64,000 bases of DNA from an uncultured Chloroflexia bacterium. Lineage in GTDB: Bacteria; Chloroflexota; Limnocylindria; Limnocylindrales; CSP1-4. Positions 50,456 to 59,711 of the stretch are shown piece after piece. The stretch's first letter is position 1, and the number at the start of each line of letters is the position of its first letter. The notes below the pieces were generated by a model. That model saw only the letters and a program-made list of their open reading frames with translations, was not told the origin of the DNA and searched no databases. The stretch covers positions 256,001 through 320,000 of the forward strand of contig CAVTHS010000003.1 of the NCBI GenBank assembly GCA_963734535.1, read 5' to 3'. The translations under genes were made by a program, and so were the position numbers.

Positions 50456-51608
50456 TCAACCGAGCGCGGCCCGCAGGGCTCCGTCGAGATCGGACCAGAG
50501 ATCCTCGACGTTCTCGATGCCGACCGAGAGGCGGCACAGGGTGGGGCCGACGATGGAGGCGTCGCCGGAGTATCGCGCGCGGCGCTCGATCAGCGACTCG
50601 ACGCCCCCGAGGCTGGTCGCGTGCGTCAGCAGGCGCAGACGCGCCAGGAATCCCTCCGTCTGCTCGACGGTGCCGGCGACCTCGAAGGAGAGCATCGACC
50701 CACGACCCGTTCGGCAGCACCCGCAGGGCGCGCTCGTGCTGCGGGTCGCCGGGCAGGCCCGGGTAGTTCACCGTCGACACGTGGGGGTGCGACGCCAGGC
50801 GGCGGGCCAGCTCGGCCGCCGATGCCTCGGACCGGTCGAGCCGGACGGCCAGCGTGCGCAGCCCGCGCAACGCGAGGAACGCCTCGAGGCCGCCGGGGAT
50901 GGCGCCATGGTCGTGGCGGTGGGCTGCCAGGAAGTCCGCGTGCGCGTCGGCCCGGCACACCGCCGCGCCCAGCAGCAGGTCCGAGTGGCCTGCGATCAGC
51001 TTCGTCGCGCTGTGCAGGACGATGTCCGCGCCGAGGTCGAGTGGACGCTGGCGCAGCGGCGTCGCGAACGTCGCGTCCACCACGGTGATCGCGCCCCGCT
51101 CGCGCGCACCCGCGGCGATGGCGGGGACGTCGGCGACCACCATGAGCGGGTTGGCGATGGACTCCACCCATACCATGTCCGCCCCGTCTGCCGCGGCGAG
51201 CACGGCGGCGCTGTCGTCCGCAGGGGTCATGCGGAGGTGAAGGCGGCCGCGCGCCGCCATCCGCTCGAAGATGTTCCGCACGCCGTAGTACGTCACCGAG
51301 GACAGGACCACGGTCCCGCCCGGCGGCACGAGGTCGGCGATCGCGGTCGCCGCGGCGAGGCCCGACGCGAACGTCACGGCCCGGCCGCCGTCGAGCGCGC
51401 CGAGCGCGGTCTCAAGCACGGCCCACCCGGCGTTGCCGTCCCGGCCGTACTCGATGCTGGCGTCGTGGACGTACGTCGAGCTCAGCGTGATCGGCGCGTT
51501 CACGGGGGCACCGGGCACGCGCGCGGGTCGGCCTGCCTGCACGGCGACGGTGTCAGCCGTCCACTCCGGGTCCAGGGTCAACGCGGCGGAGTACCCCGAC
51601 TCGCTCAT
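50456..51608 (-). CDS. Cys/Met metabolism PLP enzyme (cystathionine gamma-synthase/lyase family); one frameshift near 50700
   Basis: EYGRDGN, FASGLAA, ESIANP, DATFATP, HSATKLIAGHSD, ATSLGGVESL, RLSVGIE; SD AAGGAG. Confidence 0.9.
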
Positions 51609-51854
51609 GAGTGGCTCTCCTTCAGGCGCGGGGTGCAGTGAGGACGCGTGCCGCCGTCTCGACGGCACCGTCCGGATCGCGAAGGCTACATCGCCGGACG
51701 TGCACGGGCGGTCCTGACCATCGCGATCGCCCGGTGCTCGCCGTTCTCGGATTGGGAAGCGCACCTGGCACTACGGGCGTCGTCCGCCTCTCGACAGCCC
51801 GACGACGTCGCGCCCATCCTGACGCTGGTCACGAAGTGCGGGAGGTGGCGGGAC

Positions 51855-52094
51855 ATGCAGGACGCAGATCTGTTCCTGTCGCTGGCGGGGATCGCCGGCG
51901 TGTTCGTCGGCTTCGGGGCGCTCATGAGCGTCAGGAGCGGCGGCCCGAGGGTGGCTGACGAGGTCTCGAGCATCCGCTGCTCTGAGTCAACGGGTCGGTA
52001 CCCCGATCCAACTCTGCTACAACGCGTCGCGGTCGTAGCCCGAGGATTTCAGCGCGGCTGGTGCCGGGACGCACAAATCGCGACCAACGCCTGA
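51855..52094 (+). pseudogene. Probably 3'-truncated membrane protein
   Basis: GGAGG SD; MQDADLFLSLAGIAGVFVGFGALMSVRSGG...EVSSIR is protein-like, but composition and codon usage degrade after about 51976. Confidence 0.45.
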
Positions 52095-52193
52095 CGTGCT
52101 CGGTACTAGCGAGTGAGGTTCCGGGCACGCCGGCGCGGTTAAGGTCAACGTGCCGCGCAACCGCCAGTCGATTGCGCCATTGTCGAGTGCAGC

Positions 52194-53344
52194 GTGGAAA
52201 TCGGAGCCCAGTTCTGCGAACGCTGCGGACGGGACGGCAATTCCTTCGCGTCGGCTGGCATCTCGTTCCACGCCTGCTCACGGTGCGGCGTCGCGAGCTG
52301 TTCCGATTGCTGGAACCTCGTCGACGATGCATGCCTACGGTGCATGCCCTTCCGGCTGCTCGACCCGTTGAGCCAGCCTCCCGTCCCCATCCAGCGGGAA
52401 CCAGGCCTCACGGGGCACGTCAGGACGGGTCGCGCGATCACCGGTTCCGAGGTCGAGGAACAGCTCGTGGTGCGGGCGGTGCCGAGGATTCGTCAGGCAG
52501 ACGCGTGGTCGTCGGACCGCGCGACGCCGACGGCGGTTGCGGCGCACCGTGGCGAGCCCAGCGGAACGACGGTAACGGACACGGCCCCGGTCGGGGGTAG
52601 GCCCGGCCCACGCCGGGGGGCCCGGGGCGGAGGGGTCATCGCGTCGTCCGCGTTGGTCGTCCTGGCGGCCCTCGCGGTCGTGGCCTCTGGTGGATCCCCG
52701 AAGCTACCGGCGCCACTCGCAGACACGCCCCTCTCGGCACTTCCGTTCCCCGCCGACGGCCAGATGACCGTGCAGGCGGCCTGGAGGCACGACCACACCC
52801 TCGTCCGGGACGATGCCGCCTGCAGGTGCAGCGATCGGCCCGGACGAGCGGCACGCCGCGGCAATCGCGCCCAACCCACCGAGGCCTGGCCCCGGAAGCT
52901 CGTGGGTCATGGTGACGCCGGCGCCTCGCGCGGGCGTGTCTCCGTCTGCAGCTCCTCCGTACGCCTCGACACCGACTCCGGGTCCGGTGGGATCGCCGAT
53001 CGCGTCCCCGCCGCAGGGTTGGGGGCCGTGGCCGACGCCATACGAACCACCGTGGGCAACCCCGACCCCGGCGCCACTCCCGACGCCCGCGCCGACCGCG
53101 ACGCCGACAGCTGAGCCCAGTCCGACGGCGGAACCGACCGCGACGCCGACGGCGGAGCCGACCGAGACGCCGACGGCGGAGCCGACCGAGACGCCGACGG
53201 CGGAGCCGACCGAGACGCCGACGCCTGAGCCCAGTCCGACAGCCGAACCGACAGCCGAACCGACGCCTGAGCCCACTGCGACGCCCGAGCCGAGCGCCGC
53301 CACGACACCGGAGCCGAGCGGACACGCCGACGTCCGCGCCCTGA
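52194..53344 (+). CDS. Membrane protein with N-terminal 8-Cys zinc finger, TM helix and Pro/Thr/Glu repeat tail; apparently frameshifted
   Basis: CERC-x16-CSRC-x4-CSDC-x7-CLRC, TM VIASSALVVLAALAVVA, then (TPTAEPTE)n in ORF 52813; likely end DTPTSAP* at 53344. Confidence 0.55.
53142..53223 (+). repeat. 24-bp coding tandem repeat (TPTAEPTE)
   Basis: GACGCCGACGGCGGAGCCGACCGA three times plus a partial copy; degenerate copies flank it from about 53075 to 53310. Confidence 0.9.
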
Positions 53345-53381
53345 CGGGACGAGCCCCGCCGGCTTCGCCGCCTCCGTCGAC

Positions 53382-54446
53382 CTACCTCGCTTCGGGCTCG
53401 ATCACGCTCATGGCTGCCCGAGCGCGTTCGGTGGCACCGAAGAGGCGGAGCCGTCGCGCACACCAGAACCCGATCGCGACAGGGATCCACACGTTGAGGA
53501 TCCGGTAGGCCAACGTCACCAGGATCGCTGTCGTCGGCGGCATCCCGAGTTGGACGAAGACGAGCGCCATCGCCCCCTCGACCGCTCCGACCCCGTCGGG
53601 AACGATCGCGATGATGAAGAACACGATGCTCATGCCGAATCCTGCGGCGAGGGCAGCCAGGTCCAGGCCCTGGCCGAAAGCGAGGAACACGGCACCGAGG
53701 CCCGCAAGATTCGCGAGATGGAGCAGCACGCCGTAACCCGACGCGATCGCGATGTCGCGCGGATGGTCGGGAATCGAGGTGACCGCCGCGGCGAGCGTGT
53801 CCGTCGTGCGGCCCGCCCACGCGCCCGGTACAGGCGCGGAACGTCTGAGGAGGACCGCCGAGCGGTTCACCGCGGCACCGCACGCTGCCAGCAGCCGTTC
53901 GAGCAACGGGGGTCGGCGAGCCGACAGGACGAGCAACAGGAGCACCGCACCGGTGAACGCGACGAAGAGCGCCGTACCGACCACCGCGAACGCGACGAGC
54001 CGGTCCCGCAGGACGAGTGCGACAGTTCCGGCAAGCACGAAGGGCAGCGCCGTCAGCAGGTCCACGACGAGCACCACGACCACCCCGACCGCCGTCCGCG
54101 GGCCGGACTCGCCTCGCGCCATGGCGTCGTCGATGAAGACCGCGGCCGCAGGCGCCGCCGTGAACGGGACGACGGTCTTCGCGAAGATCGACGCGAACAT
54201 CACCGGGATCAGCCGCAGCGTCCGGCTGGAGACCCCGACCGCGCGGAAGCCTGACTGGTACAGACCTCCGTACAGCAGGAAGAACGCCCCGTGCAGGAGG
54301 AGCGCGACCGTCGCCCACCACGGGTTCGCCTTCGAGAGGTCCACGCCGAGTGCCTCGGCCGAGGTGAACTGGCCGGCCACGATCGTGAGCAGGACGACCA
54401 GGAGCAGGAGGAAGAGCAACCGTCGCCACCCGAACCTTCGTCTCAT
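53382..54446 (-). CDS. Lysylphosphatidylglycerol synthase TM / YbhN flippase-like membrane protein
   Basis: About eight TM segments; VPDGVGAVEGAM and LAYRILNVWIP motifs; no synthase domain. Confidence 0.85.
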   Translation of the reverse strand: MRRRFGWRRLLFLLLLVVLLTIVAGQFTSAEALGVDLSKANPWWATVALLLHGAFFLLYGGLYQSGFRAVGVSSRTLRLIPVMFASIFAKTVVPFTAAPAAAVFIDDAMARGESGPRTAVGVVVVLVVDLLTALPFVLAGTVALVLRDRLVAFAVVGTALFVAFTGAVLLLLVLSARRPPLLERLLAACGAAVNRSAVLLRRSAPVPGAWAGRTTDTLAAAVTSIPDHPRDIAIASGYGVLLHLANLAGLGAVFLAFGQGLDLAALAAGFGMSIVFFIIAIVPDGVGAVEGAMALVFVQLGMPPTTAILVTLAYRILNVWIPVAIGFWCARRLRLFGATERARAAMSVIEPEAR

Positions 54447-54741
54447 CGCCGGCCCGACCATTCCGTGGACGACCAGAGCCGGGCCGGCCGGAAGGCTGCG
54501 CCGGGTCGCCGTGGGCCCCAACGACGGCTGTCCAGTCGAGCGGCCGCGCGTGATCGTTCCATCGCTCGCGGATCATCGCCCAAAACCGCCGGGCGGAGGG
54601 CCGCCGGCCTCGGACGCAACGTCCCGTACCTGCGTCAACGCGCCGCGACGTGCGGCTGGGGCCGCAGCGGCGCTTCCCCGGACGCGTCGCGGCGCAGCTG
54701 CGCCGAGGCGATCGCCCAGACCGAGACCCTGTTGTCCGGGG

Positions 54742-54969
54742 CTATTCGACCGGCCGGGACACGAGCTGGTAGGTGCTCCCGTCGCGGTGTTCGATCCGCA
54801 CCCCGGCAACCAGTTGTGGGCGAGCATCGACGACGCCCTCGCGTGTTCCAGCGGCGCGGACTGCGGCAGCGTCAGTCGAGAAGTACGCGATCCACCCGCC
54901 GAAGTCCGCACGCACCGGCGTGCACGGAGTCCAGCGGTTGAGGATCGGCTTCCTGAGTAAGGTCGGCAT
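54742..54969 (-). CDS. Hypothetical small protein (75 aa)
   Basis: SD-like GAAGG; MPTLLRKPILNRWTPCTPVRADFGGWIAYF...YQLVSRPVE. Confidence 0.45.
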   Translation of the reverse strand: MPTLLRKPILNRWTPCTPVRADFGGWIAYFSTDAAAVRAAGTREGVVDARPQLVAGVRIEHRDGSTYQLVSRPVE

Positions 54970-55194
54970 GGGCGTTTGACTACCTTCTGCGGTGATTGCG
55001 CCGACGGTAGCCACCTGACCAGGCGGGAGTCAGAGCCAGTCGGCCCTCGGACGCCGGTGCATGACCCGTCCTCCGGAGAGGCCGGAGCGAGCGCCTGGGC
55101 CATGCCGACCGGGTCCGGCACGTCATCGGCGACTTCGTCACGCTCGCGGACGAGATCGCGCCGGCGGACCTCGTCGGGCCGCTACCAGTCCGGT

Positions 55195-56175
55195 TCAGCT
55201 GCCCGCACCCGCCGCGAGCCGGATCCAGACCGCGTCGGCGCGGAGGGCAGCAGCTCCACGCTCGAATGCCTCCCGCTGGGCCAGCAGCCGGCCCCGGGCA
55301 GCCTCGGGTGTCTCGGCCTCGAACCGGATCTCGTCGCCGGGGCGGAGCTGCCCGAGGCGAGGCAGGTCGACGGTCGGCACCACGCCGAGGACCGGATAGC
55401 CGCCGATCGTCGGGCCGTCCACCAGCATGACGATCGGTCGTCCGTCGGCCGGCAGCTGGACCGCTCCGGGGACGAGCGGATGGGACACGATCTCGCGTCC
55501 CGATCCGAGAGAGGGGCCGTCGAGGCGCAGGCCCATCCGGTCGCTGGACGTCGAGACGCGCCAGGGCGTGGACGCGAGTCCGGTGAGGGCGCCGTCGGGG
55601 GCGGCATCGAGATCCGGCCCAGGCACGATCCCGACCGGCCCGGTCCGCTCGTCCGGGTGCGGGGCCAGCCTCGAGGGCCATCGTCCCCCGACGCCGTCGA
55701 GATCGCCCGGACGGCGGGCAACAAGTCGATCGCCGGCCTGCAGCGGCCGGCCGTCCTCGAACCCGAGCCGCCCGGCCGCGAACGTCGACGCGGATCCCAT
55801 CGAGGTTTCGATCGCGATCCCGCCGGCGAGCGCGACGTACGCGCGCATTCCGCGCAGCGCCCCCGCGAAGCGGATCCGGGCCCCCGCCGGGATGCGGTGG
55901 GCGGTCCCCGGCGGAAGACGTCGACCGTCGTCCCGCTCCGCGCCGAGGTCGGCGCCGCCGAGCCCGACGGCAGTCGTCTCGAGCGCCTCGAGCAGGCACC
56001 CGCCGAACGTGACCTCGAGCGCTGCGGACCCTGGAGGAGCACCGACCAGCAGGTTCGCGACGCCGAGGCCCCACGCATCGCAGGCACCCGACCGCGGCAC
56101 GCCGAGGCGGCCCAGGCCCGGGCGTCCCGTGTCCTGGATGGTCAGGAACGGACCCGGCTCGATGACCTGGAGCAC
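55195..56175 (-). CDS. pxpC: 5-oxoprolinase subunit C (allophanate hydrolase subunit 2-like)
   Basis: TIQDTGRPG...GVPRSGACD, ANLLVG, RAYVALAGG, SDRMGLRL, GAVQLPADGRPIV, TIGGYP. Confidence 0.9.
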   Translation of the reverse strand: MLQVIEPGPFLTIQDTGRPGLGRLGVPRSGACDAWGLGVANLLVGAPPGSAALEVTFGGCLLEALETTAVGLGGADLGAERDDGRRLPPGTAHRIPAGARIRFAGALRGMRAYVALAGGIAIETSMGSASTFAAGRLGFEDGRPLQAGDRLVARRPGDLDGVGGRWPSRLAPHPDERTGPVGIVPGPDLDAAPDGALTGLASTPWRVSTSSDRMGLRLDGPSLGSGREIVSHPLVPGAVQLPADGRPIVMLVDGPTIGGYPVLGVVPTVDLPRLGQLRPGDEIRFEAETPEAARGRLLAQREAFERGAAALRADAVWIRLAAGAGS

Positions 56176-56179
56176 CGCC

Positions 56180-56932
56180 TCAGGCCCGCACGAACCGGAC
56201 CCGCGCGCCCGGCTCGAGAAGGGCGGGCGGGTCACGGTGCGGGTTCCAGGCCACGAGGTCGGTCCGCCCGATGACGTGCCATCCGCCCGGGGTGTCGGTC
56301 GGGTAGATGCCCGTCTGGCGCCCGGCGATCGCCACGCTCCCGGCAGGCACGCGGAGGCGCGGCGTCGGTCGTCGCGGGAGGGCAAGCTCTTCCGGAAGCA
56401 TCCCGAGGTAGGGGAAGCCGGGCACGAATCCCACGCAGAAGACGCGGTATTCGGCTCCGGCGTGCAGGCGAACCACGTCGTCCTCGGCGAGTCCGGTCCT
56501 GGCCGCGACCTCGGCGAGGTCCGGGCCGCCCGCGCCGCCATAGCGGACCGGGACGTGGATCAGGCGCCCGGGATGGGAGGGGGCGGCCGGCTCCTCGGCC
56601 GTGACCGCCTTACCGGCGTCGGCCGGCTCCGTGGTGGCGTCCGCTTCCTTGGCCGTGCCCGCCTCACCGGCCGCCCTCAGCGCGTCGCCGATCACGCCGC
56701 GAACAGCGGCTTCTGTGAGCACGGAGGGGTCGAACTGGACGAGGACGCTCGCGTATGCCGGGACCGTGACACCGAGGCCGGGCATCCGGGCGGCCCGCAC
56801 GTCGAGCCCGAATGCCAGCCGGTGGACGCGGTCGTTGACAGCCCGATCCACGAGGTCGCCGAGCACCACGAGGAGCGCCGCGTCGCCGAACGGCTCGACG
56901 CGGACGCGCTCGGTTCCGATCCGTTCAGCCAT
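56180..56932 (-). CDS. pxpB: 5-oxoprolinase subunit B
   Basis: [58 protein letters not shown]. Confidence 0.9.
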   Translation of the reverse strand: MAERIGTERVRVEPFGDAALLVVLGDLVDRAVNDRVHRLAFGLDVRAARMPGLGVTVPAYASVLVQFDPSVLTEAAVRGVIGDALRAAGEAGTAKEADATTEPADAGKAVTAEEPAAPSHPGRLIHVPVRYGGAGGPDLAEVAARTGLAEDDVVRLHAGAEYRVFCVGFVPGFPYLGMLPEELALPRRPTPRLRVPAGSVAIAGRQTGIYPTDTPGGWHVIGRTDLVAWNPHRDPPALLEPGARVRFVRA

Positions 56933-57689
56933 CCGCCGCGCGAACCTCGATCCCCGCCGCGGCGAACGCGACGCGAATCGCCGTCGCCGTGGCGGCGGCG
57001 CCCGGCGAGTCCCCGTGGATGCAGAGCGTGGCCACCGCGAGCTCGAGGATCGTGCCGTCGAATGTCGTGACCCGGGCATCCCGCGCGATCCCGACCGCCT
57101 GGGCGGCGGCCTGCTGGGGGCCGTCCAGGAGCGCGCCCGGCAGGCGGCGCGAGCGGAGCCGGCCGTCCGCCTCGTACGCACGGTCCGCGAACCCCTCCGC
57201 GACACAGGTGAGGCCCGCCGCCGTTCCCGCGGCGAGCAGCGCGGACCCGGGTGGCCCCACGAGCCGCAGACGCGCATCGAGGCTCGCGACGGCCGCGGCG
57301 ATGGGGCGAGCCACGTCCGGATCCAGCGCGGCCCGGTTGTACAGCGCGCCGTGGGGCTTCACGTGGACGAGGCGACCCCCCTCCGCGCGGACGATGCCGT
57401 CGAGCGCGGCGACCTGGTAGAGGACGGCCGCTTCCAGCTCCTCCGCCGTGAGACCCATCTCGCGGCGGCCGAACCCGACGAGGTCCGGATATCCCGGGTG
57501 GGCGCCGACGGCCGCCCCGGAGTCGAGGGCGAGACGCACGGTCCGCCGGATCGTGAGCGGATCGCCCGCATGGAATCCGCAGGCAACGTTGACCGACGTG
57601 ACGAGCGGGATCAGGTCCGCGTCGGCACCCATCCGCCACGGACCGAGGCTCTCCCCAACGTCCGCGTTCAGGTCGATCCGGGTCGGCAC
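56925..57689 (-). CDS. pxpA: 5-oxoprolinase subunit A (LamB/YcsF)
   Basis: [61 protein letters not shown]. Confidence 0.94.
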   Translation of the reverse strand: MPTRIDLNADVGESLGPWRMGADADLIPLVTSVNVACGFHAGDPLTIRRTVRLALDSGAAVGAHPGYPDLVGFGRREMGLTAEELEAAVLYQVAALDGIVRAEGGRLVHVKPHGALYNRAALDPDVARPIAAAVASLDARLRLVGPPGSALLAAGTAAGLTCVAEGFADRAYEADGRLRSRRLPGALLDGPQQAAAQAVGIARDARVTTFDGTILELAVATLCIHGDSPGAAATATAIRVAFAAAGIEVRAADG

Positions 57690-57695
57690 CGGGCC

Positions 57696-57769
57696 ACTCT
57701 ACGCCGCCGGCGGCAGGCCGATGATCCCGCCGGCCTCGTGCAACCCGCGCGCGGCCCGACCTGTACGAT
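57696..57769. promoter_or_regulatory. Compact divergent promoter pair, both genes apparently leaderless
   Basis: TAGAGT (minus strand, 57696-57701) 6 nt before the pxpA GTG; TACGAT (plus strand, 57764-57769) 6 nt before GTG 57776. Confidence 0.58.
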
Positions 57770-57775
57770 CGCCGC

Positions 57776-58651
57776 GTGGACCCCGGCTTGTCGGACTATG
57801 CCCTGCTCGACTTCGGCGATGGGCGGCGGCTCGACCGGTTCGGAGCGGTGATCGTCGATCGACCGGCGCCCGGCGCAGCCGACATCCCGCTCCTCGATCC
57901 CGGCGCGTGGACCGGGGCGGCCGCGCGGTTCGGCCGCGCGGCGGGAGCCGACGACCTGGCCGGCTGGGACACGGCGGACGCGCTGCCCCCGAGATGGGAG
58001 GTCGTGATCGACGGCCTCCGCCTGGAGCTGCGTCCGACCCCCGCCGGCCAGGTGGGCATCTTTCCCGAGCACGCGGAGCCCGCGGCGTGGGCCGAGGGAC
58101 GCGCCCGGGAGATCGGGGCACGACTGGCACGGCCGCTGGACGTGCTCAACCTGTTTGCCTACACGGGGCTCGTCACGCTCACGCTCGCGCGGGCCGGGGC
58201 GCGTGTCACCCACGTGGACGCTTCGCGGCCCGCGGTGGCGTGGGCCCGGCGGAACGCATCAGGGGCAGGCCTCGCAGACGCGCCGGTCCGGTGGATCGTG
58301 GAGGACGCCCGGGCGTTCGTGGCCCGGGAGGCGCGCCGGGGCCGTCGGTACGACGCGGTGGTGCTGGATCCGCCGACCTATGGACACGCGCCCCGCGGCG
58401 GCGCGGCGTGGCACCTGCAGACGGACCTCGGGGAGCTGCTCTCGGGTTGCGCCGCGCTCACCGGCCCGGCACCGGCGTTCTTCGTGCTGACCGCGCACAC
58501 GGCCGGGCTCGAGGCTGCCGAGCTGCGTGCCCGGATCGCCGGCACCTTCGGGTCCCCGATCGCGAGCCACGCCGAGGTTGTCGCGCTCGGCATGCGTCGC
58601 CCCGACGGCCGCCAGCTGCCGGCGGGCTACGCAATCCGGTGGAGCGCATGA
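57776..58651 (+). CDS. Class I SAM-dependent methyltransferase (RlmI/RlmK-like)
   Basis: YALLDFGDGRRLDRFG, GQVGIFPE, VLNLFAYTG, HVDAS, WIVEDA, LDPPTYG. Confidence 0.88.
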   Translation: MDPGLSDYALLDFGDGRRLDRFGAVIVDRPAPGAADIPLLDPGAWTGAAARFGRAAGADDLAGWDTADALPPRWEVVIDGLRLELRPTPAGQVGIFPEHAEPAAWAEGRAREIGARLARPLDVLNLFAYTGLVTLTLARAGARVTHVDASRPAVAWARRNASGAGLADAPVRWIVEDARAFVAREARRGRRYDAVVLDPPTYGHAPRGGAAWHLQTDLGELLSGCAALTGPAPAFFVLTAHTAGLEAAELRARIAGTFGSPIASHAEVVALGMRRPDGRQLPAGYAIRWSA

Positions 58652-59484
58652 CGCAGGGTCGCCCCGTACGCCCGGTCCTGACGAGCGCAGCCAACCCGCG
58701 GCTCCGCGCCGCGGCCGCCCTGCGCGATCGGCGCGCCCGCATCCGGACCGGCCTGCTCCTGGTCGACGGGGCCCGCGAGGTGGCTCGCGCGCTCGACGGC
58801 GGCGTCACGCTGGTCGAGGCGTACGTGGCGGCCGAGGCCTCCGGTGAGGCCGACGTGGCGGCAGTCGCGGGGCGCGTGGCGGCGCTCGGCATCCCGCTCG
58901 TGCCCGTGGCCGCGAAGCTCCTCGGCCTGCTGGCATACGGCGAGCGCGCGAGCGGGATCGTCGCCGTCGCGACCGCCCCCGACACATCCCTCGTGAGCCT
59001 GCGCCTGCCTGCGTCCTCGCCGATCGTCGGGATCCTGGAGGACGTGGAGAAGCCGGGCAACCTGGGCGCGGTCTGCCGGAGCGCGGACGGCGCCGGCCTG
59101 GATGCGATGATCGCGGCGGTCGGCTCGGTCGGTTCGGTGGATCCGTGGAACCCGAACGCGGTGCGAGCGTCCCTGGGGACGGTCTTCACGCTGGCCCTCG
59201 CAGTCGCGACCACCGCAGACGTCCTGGCATGGCTCCGCGCGACGGGCCTGCGGGTCGTGGCGGCACGCGTGGACGGGAGCGTGCCCTACACCGAGGTCGA
59301 CCTGACGGGCCCGGTCGCGCTGGTCCTCGGCAGCGAGGCGCGCGGCCTGACCGCCGAATGGTCCGGAAGCGACGTGATGGCGGTGCGCCTGCCGATGCGC
59401 GGCCGCGCTGACTCCCTGAACGTGGCGGCCGCCGCCGCGATCCTCTTCTACGAGGCACGGCGTCAGCGCGACGCGGGCGCCTGA
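58648..59484 (+). CDS. TrmH/SpoU family RNA methyltransferase
   Basis: LTSAANPRLR, EKPGNLGAVCRSADGAG, LVLGSEARGL, PMRGRADSLNVA. Confidence 0.92.
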   Translation: MTQGRPVRPVLTSAANPRLRAAAALRDRRARIRTGLLLVDGAREVARALDGGVTLVEAYVAAEASGEADVAAVAGRVAALGIPLVPVAAKLLGLLAYGERASGIVAVATAPDTSLVSLRLPASSPIVGILEDVEKPGNLGAVCRSADGAGLDAMIAAVGSVGSVDPWNPNAVRASLGTVFTLALAVATTADVLAWLRATGLRVVAARVDGSVPYTEVDLTGPVALVLGSEARGLTAEWSGSDVMAVRLPMRGRADSLNVAAAAAILFYEARRQRDAGA

Positions 59485-59711
59485 CGCGTCCGGGGTCGGG
59501 GGCCGGCGGCAGGGACACGCGGGTCCTCGCGGGCTGCGCCGAACGAGTCGCCGCCCGGGTCGTCAGCCGGGCAGCGGCTTTGCGCGACGAGCAGCGTTCC
59601 CCCGGCGGTGTCTGCCGCGAAGGCCCCTCCTGCTGCCGCGGAGCCGCCCCGCACCGGACGGCCCGGCCCGAGACGGCCGGGCCCGCCGCGGGCCGACCTA
59701 TACTCCGCGCG

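Noticed and set aside
51609-51800. SAM or SAH riboswitch upstream of the Cys/Met enzyme
   Set aside because: No ATC..GAG/GGCAACC/GTGC SAM-I core or SAH motif recognisable.
53075-53310. CRISPR array
   Set aside because: The repeats are contiguous, in-frame coding units with no unique spacers, and no cas genes are present.
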